A stretch of DNA of 64,000 bases from the human T2T-CHM13v2.0 reference genome, Homo sapiens, in assembly GCF_009914755.1 (NCBI RefSeq), contig NC_060928.1, one strand, 5' to 3'. A program made the translations under genes and the position numbers. The notes beneath the pieces are model-generated. The model did no database searches, was not told where the DNA came from, and was given only the letters and a program-made list of their open reading frames with translations. The first letter of the stretch is position 1, and every line of letters begins with the position of its first letter. This document shows, in pieces, positions 42,025 to 57,265 of this stretch.

Positions 42025-44488
42025 CCCATCTTTATTATATCATGTCATTTCAGCTGTCATTTCCATTCTGCCATTATATAACTTTCCCTCATTTTCAAAA
42101 TCCACCTTAAAATAAAAATCCTCACAATGGATTTCAAAATATGCCCCCAATTTACCCTTAAATGCATTATTTGAAATACCTCTGTATTGATCTTAAGATG
42201 ATCATTGCTTCTTCATTTCATATTAGATCTTGCCATTCCCTAAATTCTTATAATCAGTCCCTTTGCCTCTCATTTCCTGTATTGTCTCAAATCCCATATC
42301 TTTGTCATTTATATTTTGAAGATGCCAAATAATTTTTATCTTCAAACCAGACACATGTTTGAATCCAATAATTTTATGTTTAACACTGTGGTCTCTCTCC
42401 ACTGAAGTTTTCCAGGTATACTTTATTCTCGTTAAGGCTAAAATTCGTTCTTATTTTTTTCTCAATATTTCTCCAATCTTTCAATAGTCTATTCCAGCAA
42501 ATGACCACCGAATCTGTTTAATTATCCATAAGCCAGAAACATGGGCTTATACATATTTACAATTCCTTTTGCCTTCATATTGAAACGGTTATTGAAATTG
42601 TAAGGATTCATGTTCCCTTTATTTTATCAAGCTTGTTCTGCCTTTCATTTAACACCTGAGTCACTGCATTAGCCTTTTTTACACACATCTCTGTTCCAGG
42701 CTTAGTATCCCCAATCTCAGGCAGTCAGAAGGGTAAGTAATTAAGATTGGATCTGTAGTGGCTGTAAAAACTGAGATGATCATCCATCTCAGGTAGGTTA
42801 CATATTTATATTTATGAATGAATGAATGGGCTTGGATTAAATGTAATCATTTTGCTCCTATGTCTGTTTATTTTTAAATGCTCTATTTCTAGTATATTCT
42901 GAAATTTTCCTCTTATTTGAAAACTTTTAAAGTAAAAATAAGTCATTTTTATAATCACTTAATATATGACAGTAGAGATGCATTTTCTATTTCATTCATG
43001 TATGTTTTAGATTTATATCATAAAGATTTTAAATGAAAAAATAAACAGCAGCAAATAAAACTAATAAAATGTATGTTAGTAATAGTATTAAATGCATTTT
43101 TTTTCAAAATGTAATATCAGAGATATCTTAAATAACAGAGCTAGGTTGTCTTGCTTATCTGGCAAGCAACTGCTGTTATAAACATGAATCCAAGAACAAG
43201 GTATGAAATCGTATGACATATTTTTGAGCTGAATGTATCAAATATCTGGCTCATTGAATCATGAATTGTCTGATCAGGAAAGGAGAAGAAAACAACCCCT
43301 ACTCCTGACCTAGAATAATTCATATCCTGTGGTATTAGGAAGATTTAAAAAAGAAGAAGAAGACATGAATTAACAAAAACAAAAACCACTAGACTCTTTT
43401 AATATTTGAATATAAGAGGGTACTCTGACACACAGTTATTATATAGCTGGAAAGAGGATTTTGAGAGATCAATATTGTAGCTTTCATCAGCTTATTATTG
43501 CTATCAACAAACAATTGTTCTGCTTTATCGAGATGTTTAAGCATTCTTAAATTATTAGGGGCAATAAAGACAAGCAAACATAAAGCTAAACAGAAAAATA
43601 AATACTCAAAATTTCAGCTGTATAAGATCTCAAAATTTGTTATGCATTGTAAACTGTCCTATTTGTAATTACACTTAAGATCCCAGATCAATTTTATTCT
43701 GCATGTACTTTTTGAAAAAAGATCAAATATGTATATTAAGTACAAAGTTGCAAAAGCTAAAGGTTAAACTTAGTTCATTATAAGCCTTTACTAACCCTTT
43801 ATTTTCTACCTTTCCATATACAATTTCCTTGGAAATTACCAAAAGGAGGAAGCTTTGACTTCAGGAATTGTTTATTCTACCATAATCTTTATTGGTTTCC
43901 TTGCTTCAATTTTCAAATCTGCAATTGAAATTAGATATGATTGCCTAGCTGAACTTCAGTAAGATGCATTTTGATTATGATACCCTCTACTTAGAAACAT
44001 TATGTTCTTTCCTATTGTGCTCAGGACAGACTATATGTTTTAGACGAGGTCTTAAGACACATAATAATCTAGCCTCATGCTATATGGCCAGTTATCTCTA
44101 AAATAGCTTTACCATTCTCTTCATTATCCCTTTGGTACTTGAAGTCATATCTCTTACTGAGACGCTTTCTTCCATCTCCTCCTCATCGATATTTGGTATC
44201 TCATTCCTTAAAATGTGTTCCGTCTGTCAACTTAAGCACATACCTTTCCCATTCCATGAAATTCTTTGCAGCTACAGTGATTGTTCCTTCCTCAACATCT
44301 ATACAAATTCCATTCAATAATCAATTTAATTTCTTTAATGTATATATACTTGTGTTTCAGTTTAATTTTTTAGTAAATATTCATTCAAAATTTCTAGAGA
44401 TAATTTTATTCATTGCAGCTGTGGCATATAAGCCCTAACTATGAAAAATGTCCATATCTATATCTTCAAATTCCTGTTTTAAAAAAAG

Positions 44489-44550
44489 GTGTGTGTGTGT
44501 GTGTGTCTGTGTGTGTGTGTTTGTGAGAGAGAGAGAAAAAAAAGAGAGAG
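44489..44550. repeat. (TG)n(GA)n microsatellite
   Basis: Seen directly. Confidence 0.93.
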
Positions 44551-45979
44551 AATAATGAATAAGAGCTATAGAATCACTCCCTTTATACCATGGCTTTGTG
44601 CTCAGTATAGTCAGTGCTTTGCATATAATCATTGTGGTGGTAATATTAGTAGTTTGGCAACAGAAAACACTTGTTTTTTCTGGCCATTGTACTAAGCATG
44701 CTTCATGTGTTAACTCTGAATTCTCCTACCGTCTCTGTAAACACAGATGGAAACCCTGCTGCATACAGGTCCTAGGTAATTAGCCTAGGATATCAGGCTG
44801 TAGATTACATACTTATCACACTATGCACTCTCCATAAATAGATGATTTTATTAATTACTTAGTTAAGCTTCTATAAGCAAATTTTCCAGGAAATAAACCA
44901 TATGATTCCTAAAAGTCATGTTCCATACATGTAACATGATGCTTTGTAAATCAGCATAGTCAAATATGAAAGACTGATCCACTTTTCAGTGTTGGCTGAA
45001 GTTATTTTTACCTTTCTTTGCGTGCATCCAAACATGCAAATAATACTTAAGCCATTTTCTTTTATAAATCAATAACAATGAAACACACAGGCAACAATTG
45101 CTTCATATATGACAGCTAAATTAGCACCTGATTAATTGCATTTATGCGATAGGAAAACCATGGACCCTCTCAACATCTGGACAAACAGTTCAATGAAAGA
45201 ACTTTCCTCAGTTCAGTTCTGTGTATTCTTTTGTGTTATGAATACCTTCAAAATATAGGTTAATCAACATTTATTGAGTACTCACTCTGTAATGAGCTTA
45301 ATGCTAAGGATTATATTATTGCAAATGATATTGTTTTATTTCACTGCCTCCTGTTACTCTTATCTGGGTACCTTAGATTTTATCTCTTCACCCACTGACC
45401 TGTACCCAGTTGGATAAAATATCCCCCAAATTTTAATGGCCAAATTGATTCCTCCTTCTGCTTTAAGATATGGTGTTCCTCTGCCCTAAAACTTACCATT
45501 TCAGGGACAAACTGTTTATAACTTAGTTGTTGCACCAGTTTCTGTGTATCTAGGAGTAAGAAATAAAGAAATCCTAGTAAGTTCCTACTCTGGGTCTGCT
45601 CTCTGCTTTATCTAAACTAAAACTCAGAGAAAAGAAAATACCTACACTGAAGATTCAAGCAGCCAATTAATATTTTTAATAGATAGAGGGCTGTTTGGGT
45701 ACCCACAACACTTATTTTCTTACACTCCTTATGAGTTATTTTTGGAATTTTTCAGTCTGTGTATTATAATTAATATGAATCTATCTTTCTAAAAATATAA
45801 TTAGATCAGAATGAATTTAAATTGACCTGAATTTAAATTGACAAGGTTTAAAATGTGCGATATTTGTTTCTGTATAATATTTTGAAAAGGCATTTGGTGA
45901 TGATGCCTGGATCTGATTTTATGAGCTTTTGATCTTACAAGATTCACTGCTCATGGATCACAGCTTTGCCAGTATTCTG

Positions 45980-48900
45980 AGTATTTGGAGATTTTCTAGT
46001 CATCTTTCTGTTATAGTTTAATTGTATTGTAGTCTGAGAAAATATTTTGTATGATTTAGATTCTTTTAAATTTGTTAAGCTAGATCCAGGATGTGATCTA
46101 CCTTAGTAAATATTCTATATAAGCTTAAATATGTGTTTTGCTGTTTTTAAATAGAGTGTTCTATAAACGTCAATTTGATAAAATGGATCAATACTGCTCT
46201 TCATTTCAACCATATCCTTGTTGATTTTTTGCCTGCTCCATGTCAATTACTGATGGGGGGGTGGGGAATTATCCAACTATAATAGCAAATTTGTGTCTTT
46301 CTCTTTTCAGTTCTATCAGGTTTTCCCTCAAATATTTTGATACTGTGTTGTTAGGTACATACCAGTTAAGGTTGTGTTCTTCTTGGAGAATTGACCTTTT
46401 TTATCATTATGTAGTTACCCTTCTTATCCCTGACAATTTCCCCTTTCCTGATGTCTTCTTGTCTGAAATATACTTTGGCTTTCTCTTGATTAGTGATAGT
46501 ATACTATCTTCCTCCATCCTTTTAATTTGTCATAATCTTCACATTTAAAATGAATTTCTTGCAGACAGCATATAGCTGGGGCTTGTAATTTATCTAGGCT
46601 AATAATTATTGCTATTTTACCGATGTCATTAGACATATTTAAAGTGATTACTCATATATTTATGTTAAAATGCAATATATTTGTAACTTTTCTTTCATTA
46701 CGTTTGTTCTTTGTTACTAGTCTCTACCTCTTGTTCTACTTTTTTTGTTTTAATTATTTTATATTATTCCATTTTATTTGGCACAGTAGTTACACTTCAT
46801 TTTTACATATCTGTAGGTGAACTAGGTTTTATAATATGCATTGTTAAATAAAGTTAGTTCAGCTTCAAATAACACTATATTTTATTTGTAGCATAGGTAC
46901 CTTGTAACACAGTGTTCCACATTCTCCCTTCTGTCGCTTCTGATGTTGCTGTCATCATTATTTTACTTACTTATATTCTTGAATTACCTAAATGTATTAT
47001 TAGTATTGCTTTAGATAACTAACTGTTAGATCAGTTAAATACAAGACAAATAAAATATTTCACTTTATTCCTTTTCTGATGCCCTTTTAAAAATGTAGAT
47101 TCAAGATTCTGACTTATATCATTTTTCTTCTTCCGGAAAAACTTTTTTTAACATTTCCTGTATGACAGTTCTGCTGTCAATGTCATTAGTTTTGGTTTGA
47201 GAATATTACTTCTCCTTTATTTTTGAAGAATGATTTTTGTGGATGTAGAATTCTAGGTTGGCAGGGATTTTTTTTCTCCCTCAATACATTAGAGATTTGA
47301 TAATCTTCTTGTTTTCATTATTTTAGGGGCGAAGTCAGCTATAATTCTAAACTTAATTCTTCTGTAAGTAAGGTGCCCCTTACCAGCTTCCTTCAAGACC
47401 TTTTTTTTTGTTTGTTTTACTGCAATTGAAATAAAATATTCCTACTGTGGTTTGTGTGTATGAGAAAGACTGTGTGTGTGTGTGTGTGTGTGTGTGTTTG
47501 TGTGTTTGTGTGTGTCTGAATGAAATATTTACCCTGCTTGGTGTTTTCTGAGTTTCTTGGTTTGTGGATTAGTGGCTGTTATTAATTTTGTAAAGTTCAT
47601 GGCCATTTTAGTTCTCATTTACTTTTTTTCTCTAGTGTTTTCTTATAAATTTTTAATATTTCTCCACAGTTCCTGAATATTTTGTTTTTAAAATCTTTTT
47701 TCTTCTCTTTGTACTTCAATTGGTAAATTTCTATCTTCAAGATTGCCGCTAGCTTCGTTTATTATTTTCTTAATAGTGTTGAGTCTACTGATAAGTTCAT
47801 TAAACACATTCATTTCTGTTACTTTAAGAAAGTTTTCTGCATTTTATTTTTTACTTTTTCTTAATGTAGCCATGTCAATGTGTCCTGAAGTAGTTGGTGT
47901 AAGATTCAGTTTATACATTTCTTATGAGATTTTATAGAATTCAGTGTGAAAACTACCTGGGGCTGCGTTTTCTTTGTAACAATGATTTTTACAATGAATC
48001 CAATAAAAGACTACTCACATTTTCTGTTTATTCTTTTGTGAGTTTGATGATGTGTTTTTAAAAATAAACTTATCATTTCACCTAAGTATTCATAAAGGTG
48101 TTATGAAGTTGTTTATAATATTTTCTTATTAACATTCAAGTGTCTATGTGATTTATAGTGATAATCTTTCTATCCTTGATATTGATAATTTTTTGCTCAC
48201 TTAGTGTTTTCTCGAATAATATACCTAGGCTACTATCAATTTTCCTGGTGTTGGAAATAATAAACTTTGGTCTGTTAATTTTTTTCATCACTTTTTAGTA
48301 TGAAATATTTACTAATTTTCTTTGTGATTCTTCCTATCATTATGGATTATTTAGAAGTTGTTTAATCTCCAAATTTTAAGTATCATATCTTATTATTACT
48401 TATGACAAATTTAATTATTATCAAAGTATATTCACTGTATAATTTCAGTTTTTTAAAAAGTATTTAGATTTGTTTGATTTTTTATGTGGACTTTGTGTAT
48501 GTATCATCTGCAGGGAGTTTTCTGTATTTTTTAGGTATATTGTTCTACAATTCTCAATTAAATCATTCTGGATGAGAAGGGACCTAAGAATATTTACATC
48601 TTTAGTAGTTTTTTCTCTAATTGCTCTATCAAATGCTTTGTGAGACATGCTAAAATTTCCACGCTTGCTGTTTTGGACGCCTCTTTGATTCTATCACTAT
48701 CTTTCTCGTGCATTTTGAAGCTCTGTTATTAAGTGTAAACATATTTGTTAAACAAGGTTTACAGGAGGGCATTGTTTTGCACTAACTTCCTGAACTAGGT
48801 CTCATCAAACCAGGCCAAACCAAAATGGTGTAACTTATACTATGTGCAAGGAAGTAGGTAGATCCCCAAATAGACCAGTTTTCCCTGAAGACAGGAGATT

Positions 48901-49290
48901 CATAGCAACCAATCAAAAAGAGCCCAGTCTACCTGAGTCAGTGTGATAAGAACTGTCTCCTTTGCTTCAACCTTACAAGAAAAGTGACCTGTAGTAACTT
49001 TACGTTAACTGATCTGCTTTCTAAAATTGTTCTGCCTTCTTGCTCCTCCCTTACAAAAACCAACCATTCTGGCATGGCCTGTGGAATATTCATTCTATTT
49101 TATAAAATGAGGTGTTTCCTGATTCCAGAATTAAAAATAAAAAATAATTATATCTTTATGTTAAATTTGTTGTAATATTGTCTTTTGACACATTTATGAT
49201 GGTTATTTTTTATAAACTTCTCATTATATTGCTAGAAAATATCCCTTTTTACATACAGTAATACATTTTACTCTGAAGCTCATCTTATTT
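45980..49290 (-). mobile_element. Ancient L1 (L1M/MC/ME) fragments containing a (TG)n at 47471-47515 and an LTR insertion
   Basis: Degenerate ORF2 endonuclease and ORF1-region motifs in reverse (tcttcttggagaattgacc, gacagcatatagctggg, tagaattctaggttggcag). Several pieces; boundaries approximate. Confidence 0.7.
48746..49190 (+). mobile_element. LTR37-like ERV1 solo LTR
   Basis: tgttaaacaaggtttacaggagggcattg...ccaaaccaaaatgg...tgtcttttgaca; near-TSD tatt/catt. Confidence 0.75.
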
Positions 49291-50086
49291 GATATTATGA
49301 TATATTTATCTATAATAGATATTATTCATTATATAGTTGATATATTATTGATAATATTAAATATGAGAGTTCTCTTATATTTCACCTTTAGACAGTGAAA
49401 CTTTATGCTGCAGGTTTAGTTAATGACTCATTATAAGGAAGTAAGAAGTAAGTCTAAAATTATAATGACCCACATAGTTACAATGACTATCTTGTGATTC
49501 TAATGCTTTTAGTAATCATTTCGTGCTCATTAGTACAAATGAGAAAGATTCCATACCAAGCTAAAAATTTAAAAACTAAGTTTTAGTTTAAAAGAAATAT
49601 TTAAAAATCATTTCTCGTTATTACTACATTAGATACATTCCAAATTTAAAACAAACATACCTAAGAAAAAAAGATCTAAACCATTTCATAATAAGAAATA
49701 AAACAAGAATTAGAAAAACATTTTTTATCACTGGCTTTCAGATAAGTTATATGCTAACAGCAATTCTTTCTTGTTTTAATTATCATGATGAATTTGGGAT
49801 TACTGTATTACCATACAGCCTATCCAGTCAGAGCACACACTTTGCTTAAACCTTACCAACTCCATAAAGATTTCACTGGCTTCTTCATCTTTCCTTCAGA
49901 CACTTTCTGTCTTTAAGAATTATGGTGACCTTCTCCAATTAAGAATTATATAGTGTTCTGTATTTTTTCTTTCTATTAATTATTATATTTTAAGTGGTGC
50001 CATTTTTATAGAAACATTCATAGCAAGTAGTATGTATGTTGTAATAGAAAGACAAGGAAAGAAAATAAAAATAATAATTTGATATG

Positions 50087-50183
50087 TAAACTTTTAAAGT
50101 AAATACTGATTAACTTCATATGTAAAATTTGCATAAACTTTTAAAGTAAATACTGATTATTAACTTCATATGTAAAGTTTGCA
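50087..50183. repeat. Tandem duplication, 47 bp + 50 bp units
   Basis: taaacttttaaagtaaatactgat(tat)taacttcatatgtaaa(a/g)tttgca occurs twice. Confidence 0.95.
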
Positions 50184-50242
50184 TCTGAAATTATCAATTC
50201 ATGTTTTCTATAGCTATCATGTTAAAAAGATTTACAGTTAGA

Positions 50243-50806
<564 letters not shown>

Positions 50807-51678
50807 CTTTGAATTACTTGATTCAACATTTGTTTGTATTAATTAATCATGATTTCCTAGTATAGTGAAGAGCAATTTAGTGTTGATAATTGAGTCAAGC
50901 ACGAATTATCAATAAAATAACATGAAAAATTATTAGAATGCTCTACCAATGCAAAAATGAAGCTGTTACCACCCAAATCCACTGAAAAACTTTAGCATCT
51001 CAGAAAATAAGACAATTAGTGTTTTGTGCTTCCTGATGAAATTCAGTATGAAGTACATGGGACAATCTATGAGGTAGTCTCATTAAAATACTTGGCCTGA
51101 ATCTAATCAAAATTCTAAGATTAACTTCCATGTACATGGGAAAACACATAATAAGGAAAAAAAATATAAATGCAACTAAAAAATAGACAGACACATTAGG
51201 ATATGGTACATTCAAATGGATGGCTAACAGGGTGAGGGGGACAAATCTGGACTGTAAGAAAGTTAAGAGACACATCAAATATAAATGCAATAGGTGGTCT
51301 TTATGGATCCTGATTCACATAAACACACGGTGTAATTTTTATGATATCAGACAAATTTGATTATTGATTATGTGTAAATTTATATAAAGGAAACACTTGA
51401 TAATTTTTCTTGAAAAATACTGGCTTTACCATTAAGTAAGACTGTGTCCTCTGTTCAGAGATTCAGTGGTAAAATGACATGTGGAATTTGCTTTAAAGGC
51501 CTTAGCAAAAAAAAGAATGAAGGGATGCATATAAACCACATATAGCAAAATCCTGATAAGTTGGGAAATAAAGAGATTCACTGTACTTTCCTCACTACTT
51601 TAAATATATATTTTAAGTTTTATTAAAATTTTGTATAGTATAATATTTTCACTGACAGAAACAGAATGAAAAACTTGA

Positions 51679-51981
<303 letters not shown>

Positions 51982-52117
51982 TAGCAAATGTTAATTTAAA
52001 CATAGTTTGATCTTATTTATACTTCCTCTTAAGCTATCTTTTGTGACTCAATTAATGGGTCATTTGTTGATTAAATACAGTATTATCTAGGATAATAAAA
52101 TTTTTTTTCTATAAATT

Positions 52118-52492
52118 ATGTATGGTTTGAAGGCCCAACCCCCAGTACTTGAGAATGTGACTGCATTTGGAGATAGCTTCTATAAAGAGGTGATTAAGAT
52201 TAACTGAAGTAATTAGGGTGGGCTCGAATCCAATTTGACCAGTGTCCTTATAAGAAGAGAAAATTAGTACACACAAGAGGCATCAAAGATTGTATGTACA
52301 GAAAAAAAAACCATGTAAGGCCCCAGTCAGAAGACAGCCATCTACAAGCCAAGTGGGAAGGTTTCAAGAGAAACCAAACCTGCCAACACTTTGATCTCAG
52401 ACTTCTAGATACCATAACAGAAAATAAATTGTTTAGGCCACTCAGTCTGTGATACTATACTTTTGTTTTGGCAGCCCTACTAAACTAATACA
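52118..52492 (+). mobile_element. MLT1B-like solo LTR
   Basis: gaatgtgactgcatttggagatag...ggcagccctactaaactaataca. Confidence 0.85.
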
Positions 52493-53084
52493 GCATTGCA
52501 GAGAATGCAGAAGTGTAAAGATAAGAAACCCCAAAATAATTAAGAAAATATGAAACATGAAGGAAATTAGTACAGATTCTTAGGAGACCATAATCTATCT
52601 ATTTTACTAAAAATATTTTACTATGTAACTAATATTTTTTGGACTAGATCTTACATTCTCAAGGACAAATTTTAAATGCATTAATACAGTATTGCACCTT
52701 GTTAAAACTGAGTTAATGGAATGCAGTGGCCGGATAAATTAAGAAATTTAATTAAAAATTAAATATAAACTTGAGTAAAACTCTTAACATAGAAAGTTGA
52801 ATTTAACCACAAGATTATGGGTACCTTATTTTTTAAAAGATGATTTATGAAATCTTTCTTGTGTTTGCAAAATTCTTTATGTATATGTTCATAAGTGTTT
52901 GGCCAGGTGAGTAGGCAAAAAAAATAAAAAATAAAAAACACAGAAAATCAATGAACAGGAGATGGTGGTTTATGGAAGTCAAAGAGAACTGGATTCTAGA
53001 GCCAGCTCCAGCAATTATTAGTTACTGACTCACACTACCAAAATCTTTAGTTATCATTTCACAGAGAAAAAGAGGACTATTTAT

Positions 53085-53487
53085 ATATTAGTCTTTTTAG
53101 TGTTGCTATAACAGAATACTTGAGGCTGGATAATTTATAAAGAAAAGAGGTTTATTTGGCTTATGATTTTAGGTCTTGTGAGGGACTCCCTCATGCTGCT
53201 TCCTCCGTGGCAGAAAGCAGAAGGGTGCAAAAAGATCAGAGGGTAAGGGAGGAAGCAAGAGAGAGAGAAACCAAGGAAGCCAGACCCTTTTTGAACAACC
53301 AGCTCTCATGAGAAATAACCCATTCTCTTAACAGTGAGAACTCACTCCCCCAAATAAATGCATTAATGTATTCATAAGAGGTCTACCCCCATGATCTGAA
53401 CATCACATACCAGGCCTCACTTCCAATACTACTACATCAGGGATCAAATTTTAACATGAGTTTTCATGGGGAGAAACCACATCAAGC
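53085..53487 (-). mobile_element. MSTB/MSTC-like LTR
   Basis: attagtc...gttgctataacagaatacttgaggctggataatttataaagaaaagagg. Confidence 0.8.
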
Positions 53488-53488
53488 T

Positions 53489-53497
53489 CTATCTATC

Positions 53498-53540
<43 letters not shown>

Positions 53541-53553
53541 ATCTATCATCTAT
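53489..53553. repeat. (TATC)n tetranucleotide STR; perfect core of 10 units at 53501-53540
   Basis: Counted directly. Confidence 0.97.
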
Positions 53554-53639
53554 TTACTTACCTATGTACTTATATATGATTATAAGAAACATGAGGTTAA
53601 TTATAAGAAATTGGCTCATGTGATTATGGAGCCTTGAAA

Positions 53640-54970
53640 TACGAAGATAGAGGCAGCAGCAGATTTGATGTCTGATGAGAGCCCTCTTTTGCTCTTAAAA
53701 AAATGGTTTGCCTACCACTGCCTTCTTTCTGTGTCTGTATTTCAGAGGAGGAGAGACGTGGTGTCCTCATCCTCTTATAAAGGCATGAATCTCATCATGG
53801 GGGCCTTGCTCTCATGATCTCATTTAAACCTAATTAACATCCACAGGCTCCACTTCCAAATAACATTATGCTGAAGATTAGGGCTTCAACATGTGAATTA
53901 GTGGGTACACAATTTGGTCCACAGCATTGGGCCCTGGTACAACAAATTCATGTCTTTCTCAAAAGCAAAATACAGTCATCCCTTGATATCCAAGGAGGAT
54001 TGGTCCCAGGACCTCTCGCAGATACCAAAACCCAGATGTTCAAGTTTCTAAAATGGTGTAATATTTGCATATAACTTGTGCATGTCCTTTCATATACTTT
54101 AAATCATCTCTAGATTACTTATAATACCTAACACAATGTAAGTGCTGTGTAAATATTTGCTATACTCTATTGTTTAGGGGGTAAATGACAAGAAAACTGA
54201 ATCTGCACATGTTCAGTACAGATGCAATTTTTTTTCAAATGTGTTTGATTCACAGTTGGTTGAATCTATGGATGTGGAACCCACAGATACAGAAGGCTGA
54301 CTATATATTCATTCCATTTTAACAGCCGCATGAGCCTTAATTCATTTCAGCATCAACTCTGAAGTCTAAAATTCAAAGCTTCTTCTAAGCATTTTTAAAA
54401 TCAGATATGGGTGAGACTCCAAGCAAAAATCCATGCTGAAACTAAATATCCCTCCAGCTATGAAACTGTGAAACTAGATAAGGTATGCAATTTCAAAATA
54501 CAGATATGGGACAGGAGTAGGATAGACATCCTATTCCAAAGGTAAAAATCTGAAGAAAGAAATGGATAATTTATCTCAAGGTAGTCCAAAACCTAGCAAG
54601 GCAAATATCATTAAATATTAACATGTTAATCCTGTCTGGTTTGATGCTCTGCCTTTCAGAACCACTGGGGCAGCACTTCTGCCTCCATGGCTCTGCTGGT
54701 CATGGGCCGTACCCCCAAGGATTTGTGGGGCCTGGTAGCTGGCCTGGGTTAGTCAAGATCATGTCCCTCACTCTTTGAGACCAAAGAGGCATCCCCAATG
54801 ATCTCTGAATTGCCTTTGGGATAATTCTTCCATTCTCTTGAAGAATAGCATATATTTGTAGCAGAATGGCAAAATAATTCAGTCCTAAAAATAGAAATCC
54901 AAGAGCTTTCCTTCATTTCATCCCATCACTTTCCCTTTCAGTTCAAACTGGTAGTGTGCCTGCTCATATA
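53640..54970 (-). mobile_element. MLT1 LTR plus adjoining MLT1 internal sequence, interrupted by MER2
   Basis: LTR end ggcttcaacatgtgaatt...ccacagca (~53926) runs into MaLR-int (ttcatgtctttctc...aaaata|cattcc...tcagatatgggtgagactc). Confidence 0.7.
53973..54303. mobile_element. MER2 (Tigger-family non-autonomous DNA transposon)
   Basis: TA-cagtcatccctt...gaacccacagatacagaaggctgact-, TA target site. Confidence 0.88.
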
Positions 54971-56786
54971 ATCCTGTGTGTACGTTTTCCTGCATATATC
55001 GCCCATCTAAGCACTTTGTGTACATACTTGTATAGAAAATTTAATTGTGCTAGCTTTCATTTGTATGAGTTTGCTAGTGCCTCCCTTATTAAAACTTATT
55101 GCAGCTTCACCTCTTTCTAAGATAATTCAATAGAAAGCCATGGAACTTCTAACATTTTTGAGTTTGTTTTAAATCAGAAGCCCACCTCTGAAGTTTTGAA
55201 ATAGTGAATCAAAGGGGCTTCAAACTGTTAATTTATTTTTCTTATTTTATTCTCTCAACATTCTAATTAAATGTATATGTAAACTTGTTCATCTCAATCA
55301 TTGAGGTAACAAGATTTTTCTTTTATTATCTCTTCATTTTATTATTATTATTACTATAAAAGCAGTAGTGGTGGTTACCTGAATTAGCTTTGGTACTTGG
55401 AGTTTCTAAGAAATGTGTCTGAATACTTCATTTATATCCTGTCTACCCTCTTTTGCTATTTTCCAAAATTTGTTAAGTTGCTCACAAAGTGGCTCTCATA
55501 TATTGCTTCATTTAATTCACATCCTTTAAAAATCTGTAATATTTCAAAATGTGCTAATTTCCTTCAAAAGCTTTTGACCCACCTTAATGGATTTGATGAT
55601 GAAAGGGGAAACACTGCACATAGCAAGAAATGGTATGAAAGGAAAAGCACTGGATATTTCCTGAGTTTGGTAATAACTAGTGCAATTTATTTGCAATCCC
55701 TATGTATTAAAACAGTTTGGCTCATCCAAGAAGGTACTGCAGTTCTCTAGAATTAAGTCCTGTCATGAAACCGCTTGGACTCATTTAATGCTTATTGATT
55801 TTCATAAACAAACACTGAATTGTTGGGTGGTTAAGACAAAAACAATCGCACAAACTGATATGCTTTCTCCAGTATAGATATGGTTTCTCCAATACAGACA
55901 CCCACTACTTGGAATGTCTTCGTTTCATGGCCTTTTCTTCTGATTTAATACTCACAAATTATTTCTTCCCAGAATAATTTTGCTATCAAATACCTAAAAT
56001 CTTAACAGAAACTGAATTATTTTGTTCATTATACTCGCTTTATTATTTATTTGTCAATTCCTCTATAAAACCATGATTTTTCCTTCGTGTTTCTTTCTAA
56101 GTACATTGCAGGTGTCAGTACACTTGCCTTTAAATACTTCGTCATGAACACCATGAGCTAGATCTGAATTTTGTTTAGCTTTTTCTTTTGAGTTAAAATA
56201 TACATACAATGAATTACACTAGACAAAGTGTGCATTCACTGTCATTTGACAATTGCACACACCTTTATAATCCAAAGACCTATCAAGCAGGAGGACTTAA
56301 GCAAGTGCATCAGTGGCCCTCTGGAACAGCTCTAGCTTACTGTGTTTCAGACTACATCGGGGAAGGATTAAGGCTCTAGCACTGCAGCAGGAAGTTAAAT
56401 GTCTGCAGTCACACTGCCCATGCCAACTGTGGATCAGATCTTCTGGCCGTGGGGTCCAATGCATTGCAAAGGACTGGATCTTGTGTACAGTGTCTCTCTC
56501 CACTTTTTGTACGTAAGCACTTTAGACTTGACCTTAGTGTGCATGTTTTTTGTTTTCAGCAATCTTGAATCATGTGCTGGTTTCTTCTCTGGGTGGCAAT
56601 TATCTGCTTTTAACTTTGGCCACATTCATGTCATGTTCTATTCTGCAGCACATTCTGACTATCCAGTGAATAGGGAAATAAGTAGCATAAATAATCAACT
56701 TTGTACTTCTTTATAAAGATTATTGTGGATATTCCTAGGTACTTTGAACATTCATATAAACTTTAAAATCAGTTTGCCACTTTCCG

Positions 56787-56788
<2 letters not shown>

Positions 56789-56830
<42 letters not shown>
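56789..56830. repeat. (CA)n microsatellite
   Basis: Seen directly. Confidence 0.97.
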
Positions 56831-56831
<1 letters not shown>

Positions 56832-57176
56832 CTTAATGTAATTTAGATCGTGTTTGTCTTATATCTGTAAGTCAATTAGGAAAACAAAATTGCCACTATC
56901 ATAGATTGTCTTCAAGTATTAGTACCTTGAATTTTATGAAATTCATTTCCTACATTTAAACTCACATAAATCCTCTCTACATCATTGTTGCTATTCGTGT
57001 TTTTGCATAAGGGGATTGGTTCTAGAAAAAAAAAGAAAGATGAGAGGATCTTCACCCTAGAAAATTCAACGTTCACAAAGACTTTCCATCACATAGTCAG
57101 ATCTGTCATTAGAAAACTTAGTCTCTTATTTTCCAGTATTGGAAAAATTAACATCATCTTCTTCTTCATTTTTCTT

Positions 57177-57265
57177 TTATTTATTTATTAAAATTTTTTT
57201 TATTATTATACTTTAAGTTCTAGGGTACATGTGCACATTGTTGAAGACAGTGTGGCAATTCATCC
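57177..57265 (-). mobile_element. Very short 5'-inverted L1PA insertion
   Basis: T-tail plus attattatactttaagttctagggtacatgtgcaca (L1PA 3' end), then an oppositely oriented ORF2 snippet. 14 bp TSD tcttcatttttctt. Confidence 0.8.

Noticed and set aside
45812-45842. Short tandem duplication tgaatttaaattgac x2 (similar ones near 10840, 27114 and 40845)
   Set aside because: Ordinary slippage events with no further structure.
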